Positions 38,544 through 49,490 of a stretch of DNA of 64,000 bases are shown here, piece after piece (position 1 is the stretch's first letter; each line of letters opens with the position of its first letter). Location of the stretch: the NCBI GenBank assembly GCA_010909165.1, contig MU008164.1:372001-436000 (forward strand), in the 5' to 3' direction. A program made the position numbers and the translations under genes. The notes below the pieces were generated by a model that was not told the origin of the DNA, did not search any database, and saw nothing but the letters and a program-made list of their open reading frames with translations. The DNA is from Anthoceros angustus (lineage: Eukaryota; Plantae; Anthocerotophyta).

Positions 38544-39149
38544 TCAAAGCTGAATGGGTAAACCGTTCTCCAGACCCTGCAATCTAAGGTCCATCTTTTT
38601 CAAGATTTCAGTCAAATAATCAATATCTTGTTTGATGTCCAGTTTGCAGGCTGAGATAGCTTGTTCAGCGTTGAGAATTAGGCTGTCGACTCTGTTCCTG
38701 GTAGACTCCTGATTTGCAAGCGTTAAAGTGAACACCTTCTCCACACAATCTGAGGTAACCAGTGATCTGCCACTAGTTTGGTCCCTGAATTGTGTGGGAT
38801 TACTGATGGTGTTATCTCTTTGTTGTGGCACAGACTGTCTTGAGCAAGAGGAGGATGCCTCTGTGCTAGGTCTGAAGAATAGATTTGGATTCTGTCCTCT
38901 GTTACGGCAACGCTCCCTATACAGGCGATCCACTCCTCTATTTCTGTGGAGGAGATGAGCCGGTCCAGGAGGAGTGCTTCGCTGTGCCACAAAACGTCTT
39001 AGCCAGAGTGCAGGGTATTCGTACTCGTAGAGGTCCAGCAACGTGTCAATGGGCAACGTTGCTGTTTGCTTTCGTAGGCGACCTTCCTGATTGTAATTTC
39101 CTGGAGGTCCACCACGCCGGCTTCCTCTAGAACCACCCTGCCTCGGCAT
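38544..39149 (-). CDS. Extra 5' ORF (ORF0) of copia C (201 aa)
   Basis: Intact ORF starting 33 nt after the PBS, upstream of gag. Arg/Gly-rich N-terminus and heptad-like C-terminus (VDSLILNAEQAISACKLDIKQDIDYLTEILKKMDLRLQGLE). Confidence 0.65.
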   Translation of the reverse strand: MPRQGGSRGSRRGGPPGNYNQEGRLRKQTATLPIDTLLDLYEYEYPALWLRRFVAQRSTPPGPAHLLHRNRGVDRLYRERCRNRGQNPNLFFRPSTEASSSCSRQSVPQQRDNTISNPTQFRDQTSGRSLVTSDCVEKVFTLTLANQESTRNRVDSLILNAEQAISACKLDIKQDIDYLTEILKKMDLRLQGLENGLPIQL

Positions 39150-42100
39150 TCTTAGGAGATCTTAGCAGGAAAACAGAGCATGGCTCTGATACCATGTAAA
39201 TTATCGAGCAGAAGCGAGAGGTGCATGAACTCTTGATAGTTGGATTAATTAATGAATGCAACACAAAATCATTGTTTTATACTGACCACGCGACTGTTCA
39301 TGTATGTAACCCTAATTCACATAACCCTAGTCCGAGTGACCATGTGTCTAGGTTTAACTGACCGATAACCCTATCGTAACAGTGTTACCTTTGATGAAGG
39401 CAGCACTTGGGCATCAGTGGGAGCTTCCCAGGATCCCCCTCTTGAGGATGATGATGACACAACAAAGGCCTGTATTCAATTTGATCAAACCGATCATGGG
39501 ACTCAAGTTGTTCTACGAGGATGTTGCCCCTATGCGTGGGGATGCTCCGGCTGATGATCTTGTTGATGATTCAGCAGGTTTTGACCTTGTTGGTCTTGAA
39601 GAGCGTAGCTCGCACAACATAAGATGTACCCGACAAGCTTCATCGCCTTACGTGAGCCCGATCCAAGTTTTGTACCAGATCGGTGAGCATGGGTGCCTTA
39701 GAAGCTCACAATCTGAGTCTTCTCGTTGCTGTGTCGAGGCTTGGGGAACTTCACATGCACACTGCGGGTGGAGCCGTCATCATAGTATGCAAAATCCAAG
39801 TTCAGGACCCTGACCAGACAGGTGAACTCAACTTTTGGCGACGAAGGAAAGGGAGGAGCGCTCATATCTCGGCGAGTTCTGAAGCCTTCGACCTTGCGCC
39901 GCTCCAGAACTTCTTTTGTTGTCCCTTTCGGCCTTCCAACTCTTCGCCTGCTGGTGGACGCTTTGTTCTCAACACTCTTCTCAACCTTGGTAGTTGTCCT
40001 AGGCGCAAACCTCCCTAGGGCATCGCGCTGTTGGCGGCGGGTCTTGGGAGCGGCATCAGAATCAGAACTTGAAGAAGCCATGATTGACAGGAGGCGCGCG
40101 ACTCTACGCCTCAACAGCTCAGTAAATACTTGGGACGTGAAGAGGCTGAATGTTATGTAGGCGGCGCACCTCATCACAACAGTTTGGGCACTGGAACAGG
40201 TACTTGAAGATACCATCTTGATTCACTGTGACTTGAAAAGATGGAGCGTAACCAAGGATGTAAATCGCTATTATGGCGCTTTGAAGATTAAAGACAACCC
40301 ACCGAACTTACCATACCACGCACCCCCACCACCATGAAGACTGAATATGCAAATGAATCATGACCAACAAGTGGGAGTAAAGGAATAGATGTGTTGGAAT
40401 CATGATTAGGGTTCATTCGGTTAAGTTATTTTAAAAGGTCATGGCGTTTCATTAGGGTTACGTATGTTCATAAAGGCGTGGCTTTTGGTTTTACTTAAAC
40501 CATTATGAACTTTAATTGTGTGTGTATTCTTTACATATATAGTGTGATACAATGTAATACAATTATTAATCTGTATATTCCATTTATCCTAAAATCGAGG
40601 ACACGATCAAGCTGCTCGACAAGGTGAAAAATGTAGAGCCGAGGAGGAGTGAGCTAAACCAGAACCAGTGATTAAATTTCTCGATAGGCTTCATCCACTG
40701 CCGTTGCCAGTGCGCTGGTCGTAACTAATCGCTCGTTGTCTTCAGAAGGAGTTTTGATTGGTGAGTTATCATCAATAAACTGGAAGCATACGCCCACGCC
40801 CGGCTTCCTCTAGAACCACCACCGCCCATTCTTAGAGATCTTGGCGGGAAAAGCAGGCATGGCTCGATACCATGTAAATTATCGAGCGAGCGAGGTTATG
40901 AACTCTTGATAGTTGGATTAATTAATGAATGCAACACAAAATCATTGTTTTATATACGCGACTGCATCATGTATGTAACCCTAATTCACATAACCTAGTC
41001 CGAGTGACCATGTGTCTAGGTTTAAGCCGACCGATAACCCTATCGTAACAGTGTTACCTTTGATGAAGGCAGCACTTGGGCATCAGTGGGAGCTTCCCAG
41101 GATCCCCCTCTTGAGGATGATGATGACACAACAGTGCCTCCAGATTCCCAATTTGATCAAACTGATCATGGGACTCAAGTTGTTCCTGCTGAGGATGTTG
41201 CCCCTATGCGTGGGGATGCTCCGGCTGATGATCTTGTTGATGATTCAGCAGGTTTTGACCTTGTTGGTCTTGAAGACGCAGCTGCAGAGCCTGCACAACC
41301 AGATGTACCTGACAAGCGCTTCATCATCAGTTCTGTGAGCCCGATCCAAGTTTTGTACCAGATCGGTGAGCATGGGTGCCTTAGAAGCTCACAATCTGAG
41401 TCTTCTCGTTGCTGTGTCGAGGCTTGGGGAACTTCACATGCACCGAGCTGGCTATCATAGTATGCAAAATCCAAGTTCAGACCCCGACTGCATGTGTGAA
41501 CTCAACTTTGGCGGCGAAAGGGAGGAGCGCTCATATCTCGGCGAAGTTCAAGCCTTCGACCTTCGCCCCGAGAACTTCTTTGTTGTCCCTTCGGCCTTCC
41601 AACTCTTCGCCTACTGGTGGACGCTTTGTTCTCAACACTCTTCTCAACCTTGGTAGTTGTCCTAGGCGCAAACCTCCTAGGCATCGCGCTGTTGGCGGGT
41701 CTTGGGAGCGACATCGATCGAACTTGAAGAAGCCATGATTGACAGGAGGCGCGCGACTCTACGCCTCAACAGCTACTTGGGACGTGAAGAGGCTGAATGT
41801 TATGTAGGCGGCGCACCTCATCACAGCAGTTTGGGCACTGGAACAGGTACTTGAAGATACCATCTTGATTCACTGTGACTTGAAAAGATGGAGCGTAACC
41901 AAGGACAGAAATCGTTGGCTATGGCGCTTGAAGATTAAAGACAACCCAGCTGAACTTACAGTCCACGGGCACCCTGCAGCCGACCATGAAGACTGAACAT
42001 GCAAATGAATCATGACCAACAAGTGGGAGTAAAGGAATAGATGTGTTGGAATCATGATTAGGGTTCATTCGGTTAAGTTATTTTAAAAGGTCATGGCGTT

Positions 42101-42440
42101 TCATTAGGGTTACGTATGTTCATAAAGGCGTGGCTTTTGGTTTTACTTAAACCATTATGAACTTTAATTGTGTGTGTATTCTTTACATATATAGTGTGAT
42201 ACAATGTAATACAATTATTAATCTGTATATTCCATTTATCCTAAAATCGAGGACACGATCAAGCTGCTCGACAAGGTGAAAAATGTAGAGCCAGAGGAGG
42301 AGTGAGCTAAACCAGCAACCAGGTGATTAAATTTCTCGATAGGCTTCATCCACCTGCTGTTGCCTTGTGCGCTTGGCTGTGTAACTAACTGCTCACTGTT
42401 GTCTTCCACAGGAAGGAGTTTTGATTGCAGAGTTATCATC
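39115..42440. repeat. ~1.65-kb tandem duplication spanning C 5' LTR, A 3' end and B flank (probable assembly overlap)
   Basis: ~39115-40790 is repeated at ~40795-42440, including both insertion junctions. The copies differ mainly by small indels. Confidence 0.75.
39698..40216 (-). CDS. Antisense accessory ORF of copia A with AT-hook-like motif (duplicate copy ~41380-41864)
   Basis: 172-aa ORF read away from the 3' LTR: QQRDALGRF, RRRVGRPKGTTKE, FPKP..EKTQIVS. The same motifs occur in order in element D at 43980-44340. Confidence 0.65.
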   Translation of the reverse strand: MVSSSTCSSAQTVVMRCAAYITFSLFTSQVFTELLRRRVARLLSIMASSSSDSDAAPKTRRQQRDALGRFAPRTTTKVEKSVENKASTSRRRVGRPKGTTKEVLERRKVEGFRTRRDMSAPPFPSSPKVEFTCLVRVLNLDFAYYDDGSTRSVHVKFPKPRHSNEKTQIVSF

Positions 42441-43899
42441 AATAAAGCGAAGCACGCTTCCGCCCGCCCCTCCCCAACCCGGATAAGTCTCCATCACCGC
42501 TAGAAATAGGCAGAGAAGTCTTCCAGCCCAAGTCCCTCCATGTGTGCATAGTGCTTTTGCTTAGATAGGCCTTTTGTCAAGATGTCCTCAGTGTTGTCAT
42601 CTGTACTTACATGGCCAACTTTGACAACACCACGCTCAACCACATCAGGGATGTAGTGATGCTGGATTTCTATGTGCTTAGTACGAGCGTGAAATTTCGG
42701 ATTGGCCACTAACTCAAGTGCTGATTGGTTGTCGCCAAACAGCGGTGTAGGTTGGAGTTGTGCTTGATCCAGGTCACTAAGGAAACTCCTCGCCCACTCA
42801 GCTTCCTTAGAAGCTTCGGTCAAAGACTTGTATTCAGCTTCGGTGGAGCTGAGGGCAATAGACGCTTGCTTCTTACAACTCCAGGTGACAGCTGCAGATG
42901 CGAGCAAAAAACAATATGTAGACAAACTGCGGCAGGAATCTTGATCGGAAGCCCAGTCGGCATCTGTGAAACCTGTTAGGGTAAGTTGTGATGTTCCACT
43001 TTGTTTATACATCAATCCTGTTGTGTGTGTGCCCTTGAGATAACGGAATATTCGTTTGACTACTATCCAGTGAGGCCTACCAGGATTTTCAAGGAACTGA
43101 GACAGCGTGCTGACTGAAAATTGTATATCCGGCCTTGTCCAGTTGGAAACAAAAATAAGGCTCCCAACTGCATGCCTGTAAGGTATGTTTTTCATATCCT
43201 CTGTCTCCTCTGTTGTTGTTGGGCACTGAAGTCGAGTTAGCTTGGTTCCTACAGCATAAGGTGTAGTGGCTCGGCGCGCCTGGTCCAGGTTAAACTTCTT
43301 GAGGATCTCATTGACATATTTGTACTTGTGAAGGATCATTAACCCTTCAGACCTTAAACGAAGCAGCTGTATACCAAGGCAAAACTTCAACTCCCCAATA
43401 TCTTGCATATCAAACCTGAAGATTTTATGGTCTAATGTAGATCAATTAAACATTATAGAATAATTACATTGTTGGATCAAGAAAGAAGTAAGTTGCTTAT
43501 GCATGAAAAGACAACTAAACTAGATTTAATGAAACGTTGTATCTATTCACTTAGAGACGTAACCCTAATGAAACGACACCATATCTAGTAAACCCTAGCT
43601 TATCATATCTTGGTAATATATGGATAACTTAAACCCTAAACCCTAACTATGATATCAACATTGTATATCATTACTCCCACTTGTTGTAAATAGTTAGGTA
43701 CAAATTCTCACCGTGAACCGCTCGTGAGACTCTGGAGTTGAGCTCCTTTGCCAATCTTCCGGTTTTGCCATCTTGTGGTGGTAGAGCTTACGCCCCATCT
43801 TCATGTCTTTACGGACACTATGGAGTGTACCAAAGTGTGAAGCCACCGAGTGTGTTGGCTCCCTTTATAATTCTCCTTACGCCTCGCCTCATATGCATC

Positions 43900-44680
43900 G
43901 ATCGCCTTGAGAGAAGGTTTGCGCCCAGCCATATCGAGATGGCGCCACCGGTCTTCGTAGTTTGAGGGTACTTTGCCCAAGAAACCGCAGCAGCCCAGAA
44001 ATGCTCTAGGCCACTAGAGCCCGATCAAGAGGAGACTCAACTTCCGCAGCCTAAAGGGGCGTGAAGAGAACGGGCGCCCAAAGGAACCACCAAGGAGTTT
44101 CGCAACGCAGAGGTCAGTAAACAAGAAACCATGGGCGGCCCTTCTTCGTGTCACTCCTTCTAGGCCAAGAGCGGCAACAAGAGTAAAAGCAAATCCCGCA
44201 CATGTTACCCCGATTTTGGCTTTTCTCGAGAACGGCTAACCCTTGTGAGGACCCAAGCTTTCCCAAGCCTGCACTGCTCAAGGAAACCCAAATTGTCTCC
44301 TACGGCGACCATGAAGCACCCTCGCACCCCTATGTGGTATAGGGTTCATGGGCGACTAAACCGTGATGTATCAAAGTTGAAGATTGCCGGGCGATCCTCA
44401 CCATGTTGTTAGCACGGTAAGTCCCAAATTCCATCCTCAAGATTTTCTGCTTTTGTGTGTGTGAGAGCTAACCTAGCTCCCACTGCTTTGCAGGATCTAA
44501 CATACGATCAAGAAGAGTCTCGACCTCCTCAAGACAATCTCGTGCAAGGCAAGAAGGCGTGGAGAAGACCCACCGCCTTGACATTCCCGATCCTTCCAAG
44601 AGGAGGAAGATGAGAGTCAAAGCCTCAGCCGGTGAGTTTGAGTCCGTGGGGACTCATACTCTCGTGTCTCGTGATGAGAC
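43900..44680 (+). CDS. Antisense accessory gene of copia D, apparently spliced (intron 44417-44493)
   Basis: Frameshifted homologue of the A antisense ORF (QQPRNALG, GRPKGTTKE, FPKP, KETQIVS, HPRTPMWYR). It is followed by G|GTAAGT...GCTAAC...CTGCTTTGCAG|G. Confidence 0.55.
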
Positions 44681-47600
44681 TCTTTTAATGACTACATGAT
44701 GATGAACACTCTTCCTTCGATGTAGTTAGAGTTCGCAGCATGGATTTTACTTTGTCGACTGCCAAGGAACTCCGAGGAGTCTCCAAGGCCAAGACTTTTA
44801 ACATGTTTCTTTCGTGAAGCTCTTTTCCTAGAGCCTTAGTCAATATTCGCTGGATTGTCTTATGCCACATACTCGAGGTTGATTTTACCCGCCTTGATTA
44901 GGTCTCCGATAAAATGATACTCAACCTCGATATGCTTTGTCCTTGCATGAAACCGGGTTACGAGCAAGTGACATGGAGCCCCGGTCATCGGTCCTTATGA
45001 GCGTATGTAGGTAATGGTATACCCATTTCGCTAAGGAGTAGTTGCACCAAATGATCTCTTTGCAAGAAGGACTCTATATTCAGCCTCGACGTCGAGAGCA
45101 ACTGGGCTGTTTTTGCTCATCCAAAGAATCGGTCCACCGCTATGCTCACAACGTAACTGCAGCAGATCTCCTGTTGTCCACGCTTTCATAGTCGAATCGG
45201 TGAAGACCTGTTCAAGTTGTTGTCTGTGTGTGGCAATATTTTATCCTCGATGTGGTGTCCCTTCAAGTATCTAAAGACTCTTTTAATGCTTGTCCAAGGT
45301 TTTGGCCCGGGTTCTCCGTGAACCGTGAGAGAGCGCTAGCAAAGGCAACTTCCATACGAGTAGTGTTTGCATATATGAGTTTCCAACATGCCTATAAGGT
45401 GGCTAACATCCTTTCCTTCTACACTGCTTGTGGGGACATTTCAACTTAGCTTGATTCCACTTGGTAGGGGTGTAGCGGCTTTGCATCCTTCAAACCTAGC
45501 ATCCGCACTTTCAGTATGTATCTTGGTTGTGAGTGTGATAACCTGCTTCTCAACATGTATACCAAGACAACTCAAGATCACCAAGGACATCTTAAACTTA
45601 GTTGCAAGTGTCGAATCTTTTGATAAAACTCGTGATCACTGACAAGATCAGTCATCTATCGCTAGGCTGCATTTATGTCACCTTTCTTGTAGATGTGTGC
45701 TACCATCCGCTTTTTTGGTGAAACCTAATACTAAAAGCTCAGATCAAGTTCTGCTCCAAGCCATTGCGCATCGCTTCAACCCGTACAAGTCTTGATAAGT
45801 TTACATACATAATCCTCCTTTCCTTTGACTACATAGCCGTGAGGTCACCGATATATTCATGTCAAGCTTGCCATTCAAGAATGCTGTTTGACATCAAACA
45901 TTTGCGCTCATAGTCCTTATAGATATTGCACATAATGCTCGTATGGTTGGCGCTTCACAACCTGGAGCGAATGTCTCCAAATAGTCCACGCCGGAACTTG
46001 TGAAAATCCACGAGCCACTAGTCTTGCCTTGTACCTATCAAGGTACCATCAGCCTTGACTTTCAATTTGAAGACCCACTTACAAGACACCATTTTTCCGC
46101 CAGAGGTAATTTTGACAACTCCCATGTGCCGCTCTCAATCAATGAGTCATATTCGATTTTATAGCTTTCTCCCACTCCTTGTGATCGTGTCCGCTCAAAG
46201 CCTCGCATAAGACCGTGGTTCTACAGGTCGAGGTTAGTAGCGTACATGCTTTCACATGTGAAGAGGAAATAATGGCAATAATAATCGAGAGTCGACGCTC
46301 GAGTAGGGTAACGTCGAGCAAGCTCGCTGTGTTCTTGTTCGTTGAGGGTCTAGATCTTGTTCAAGTTGTTCAAACATAATCTCTTCCTCGTCATTCTCGA
46401 TCGCTTCATCTTCACCGTTGCATCGCAAGTGCTTGATCCGGTTGAGGAATGTGATCCTGTGACATCCGCGGGCATGTCAAGTTGAATTTCGTTCGTGTTC
46501 TTCTTCAAACACGCCGATTTTCCCTCCCGCAGAACATTTTCATCAACAGAGCTCGAGTACCATGATCCGCGATCATAATGAGAAAGCTCAAGACTATCCT
46601 CGCCATCGTTCGAGCATGAACATGTGCTCCCAGAAGCCCAAGTCTTTGTTTCATCAAGGTAACACTGAGCATAAATGACCTTGTTAGAAGGAACATCATA
46701 TAGTTTATATGCTTTTATCCCTCCGTATCCCAACATGAGCAAGGGGCCTTAGCTGAAAGCTTGGTTCGTCATCTGTATGAAGGCATATGCAAGGCAAAAA
46801 CGCCTCAAGTCTGGATGGATGGTCACTGTAAAAGCTTCATAAGGAGTTTTGCCTTCATGCTGTGGTGGGTAACCCGTTCAAGAAAGGTTGAGGTCATCAA
46901 AGCCTCGCCCGAAGGTAAGGGCGCTTGAGCATCATGCAATGAGGAGACCATCTCCTGTGAGATTCAAACGCCCGCCACTCCATTCTCATTGGGAGTGTAT
47001 ACCACGTGAGTTGACGCCCAATGCCTTCATCTTTACAGAATCTGGAATTCATTAGAGGTGAATTCCCGCCATTGTCCGATCTTAGTGTCTTGAGTCGCTT
47101 TCTGCCCAACGCTCAAAGAACTTGATGTATTCCTTGAAATAGGAGAAACATTCATTGTTCTTCAGGATGTAGGTGGTGACAACCGCTTTTGTCATCTCAG
47201 AACGTTAAGAAATAACGCCCACCACCAATGGACGCTTGAGATAAGGGTCCACACAAATCGAGATGTACAAGCTCAAGTACGCACGGTGAGGTGCTTTGTT
47301 CTTGAAAGCTTGGTGTTTCTTCGACAAAACACAAGCCTCACATAAGGGTATAGGAGTCAAGGGGCCAATAGGTCCATCTTGATGTGTCACCATAGCCCAA
47401 TTTTGTAGCTTTGCCATGTGAGGATGACCTAGGCGCATGCCACAACCGAGCCTTTGCCTTTTGTTGTGCAGATGCAAGGGAGACGCCTTTGTGTCGTGGA
47501 CTGCTACTCCACGTGCAAATGGAGACGAACAGATCATGGTCCAAGACCCATGCGCAAGTACCTTTCTAGGGTCAAATGCATCTATGATTCTGCAACTGCT

Positions 47601-48929
47601 CTTGTGAATACATGACTTATTGCTCGATTCAATCTTCTAACAGAGATCGTGTTTCTAGTCATCTGCACATGGTAGACATCTTCTAACTTGAGTGTGTTTC
47701 CAGAGGAACTATTAACTCTCAACTATGCCAATCAGACTAGTTTTAAATTCATCTCTATCAAAATATGTGCAGAGCACCGATTCTAAGAACCATTCTTTTT
47801 GGTTTGATTCACTTTGGAGGAAAGACAAGTGGAAGCAAAGAATGGACTAGCAAACTCCCTAGTCCCAAGTAAGAGCGATGGGGTATTAACCTTTTTACCA
47901 CAACATTTGATTCGATGGTTCCTCCTTGCGAGGAACTCCTGCTTTGGCACTCTTTTCCCAATGGCGATTGCACCAGCGGTTCACGGCTTCTTTGTTTCTT
48001 CCGGTGAGGATCGCGAGCTACCTCCCCGAAGAGTTTCCACCACCTCCTTTGGAGAAGGGCTTCTTCCTCCTCGTCCTTGTTGTGAGGTGTACAGGCCTTG
48101 TTTCGCTTATGGTTGGTCCTGCGGCTTCTTCTTGCATGGAACTCACGAGCTGTGAGAAGCTCATTTCAGGCATCTCTATGCCTTGCTTTTTAGCTAACAA
48201 CGTAGCTTGTGTTTGAGCAGCTGTATGAGAAGTCACGAAATGTGACCATGACTCTGGAAGCGAAAGAAGGAGCCTCATCACCATTTCATCTCCAATGGCA
48301 ACTTTGGAGGCACCCTGAAGCCGTGAGGCTAGGGTCCTGAAGGTACTCACGTGTTTCTCCACTGAGTCACCGTCCTTCATCCTTAGGTTCGAAATTCCTT
48401 AGAGTCATTGCGCTTACCATGTTCTCGCTGTAGAGTTCCTTTAGGCGATTCATGATTTCGGCCAAGTATTCACCTCATGCCTCAACATCTCGGTTGCCAC
48501 GCTGCGTATGAGGTATTTGGCTCCGTCCTTAGCTAACCATTCTTCCTCTCCAAGATCCTCGTCGGTTTCACTACTTTTCCAAGAGCATGTTTGAGGAGGC
48601 CTCTCATTTGAGAACGCCCCATTCTTATAAGCCAGATGTCAAAGTCATTTCCGTTGAACCTGTCCTTCTCCTTGAAGGACTCACTGCTTCCAAAATTATG
48701 TGTAGAGGATGTGTCACCCATTTTGGGTTGCTGAACTCCTAAGAGTTTGTCCTCTACAGTATTGAAGAAGCTTTCTAATGTGTCTTCTTCCTGGTCACTA
48801 GCATGAACACTATCATGGGCACTGCTGTAGCCACTATTCTCACCATCCATACATACTACTTACAATGCGTGTTGGTTTTGTAGTTGCTCCTGTGCAGGCA
48901 CCTATGGTTTGTTCCCAAACGCGCTATGC

Positions 48930-49490
48930 GCCTATCTTAGAGTTTCTCATCTCAAACTTATTGAATGCGTAAGTGGAGCATGAAGGGCAAGAGTTAGGTG
49001 TATCAAACTTCCTTTCATGCTTAGTTTTACTTACGTGCATTCGCCTCCGAATGGGTTGGCCAACAACTCTGGTTTCGAACATTACAAGCTTGTAATCTAA
49101 GTGTGTTATGCTCTTTCAAATCCTGCAGATCAATGCTAAGCGACATGACCAATCGACGACATCTGCTTTCAACATTCCTATTGTTAGCCTCAAGACGAAC
49201 AATTGTGTTTACACCTCTGATTGTACAACGCCTTTGTTGTGAGGAAGCCGCGTTGGTGTATGTTCTCAAGTGGCGATGTTGCACCGTACCGTCAATTGTG
49301 GAATGTCAAGTCAAGCTGCTGGGAACAGCAATTCGAGAAGTGTGTTGAAGGCTCGCAATGTGTCTCCTTGTGCTTGATTGGGCAAGTTGCTCCACTAGGA
49401 TGCGCCCATGTAATTGATGTGCTGTGGTTTTGTCTCTCGGCATTTCGCGATCCCGCCTTGGATTTTGATTGTTCCTCCTAGGATTCACCG
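48930..49490 (-). CDS. Extra 5' ORF (ORF0) of copia D (indel-broken)
   Basis: Between PBS and gag: ...RLEANNRNVESR...SLSIDLQDLKE...HERKFDTPNSCPSCSTYAFNKFEMRN, homologous to A ORF0. Confidence 0.6.

Larger units (their letters stand above)
31802..39381 (-). mobile_element. Ty1/copia element C, full length, inserted in the integrase of A
   Basis: TG..CA LTRs at 39195-39381 (5') and 31802-31983 (3'). PBS complement GCTCTGATACCA at 39183-39194; PPT complement ACCCCCCTTAAA at 31984-31995. Domain order gag-PR-IN-RT-RH. Confidence 0.93.
28080..42246 (+). mobile_element. Ty1/copia element A (RT/RNaseH deleted), interrupted by element C
   Basis: 217-bp LTRs at 28080-28296 and 40378-40594 (duplicated copy 42030-42246), with 5 substitutions between 5' and 3' LTR. 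PBS TGGTATCAGAGC at 28297-28308, PPT-like CAACAAGTGGGAG before the 3' LTR, TSD TCGAG at 28075-28079 and 40595-40599/42247-42251. Confidence 0.92.

Noticed and set aside
39115-42440. Apparent extra LTRs or tandem mini-elements
   Set aside because: The repeat includes flanking host sequence and both insertion junctions and differs mainly by indels. It is most likely an assembly overlap rather than additional insertions.
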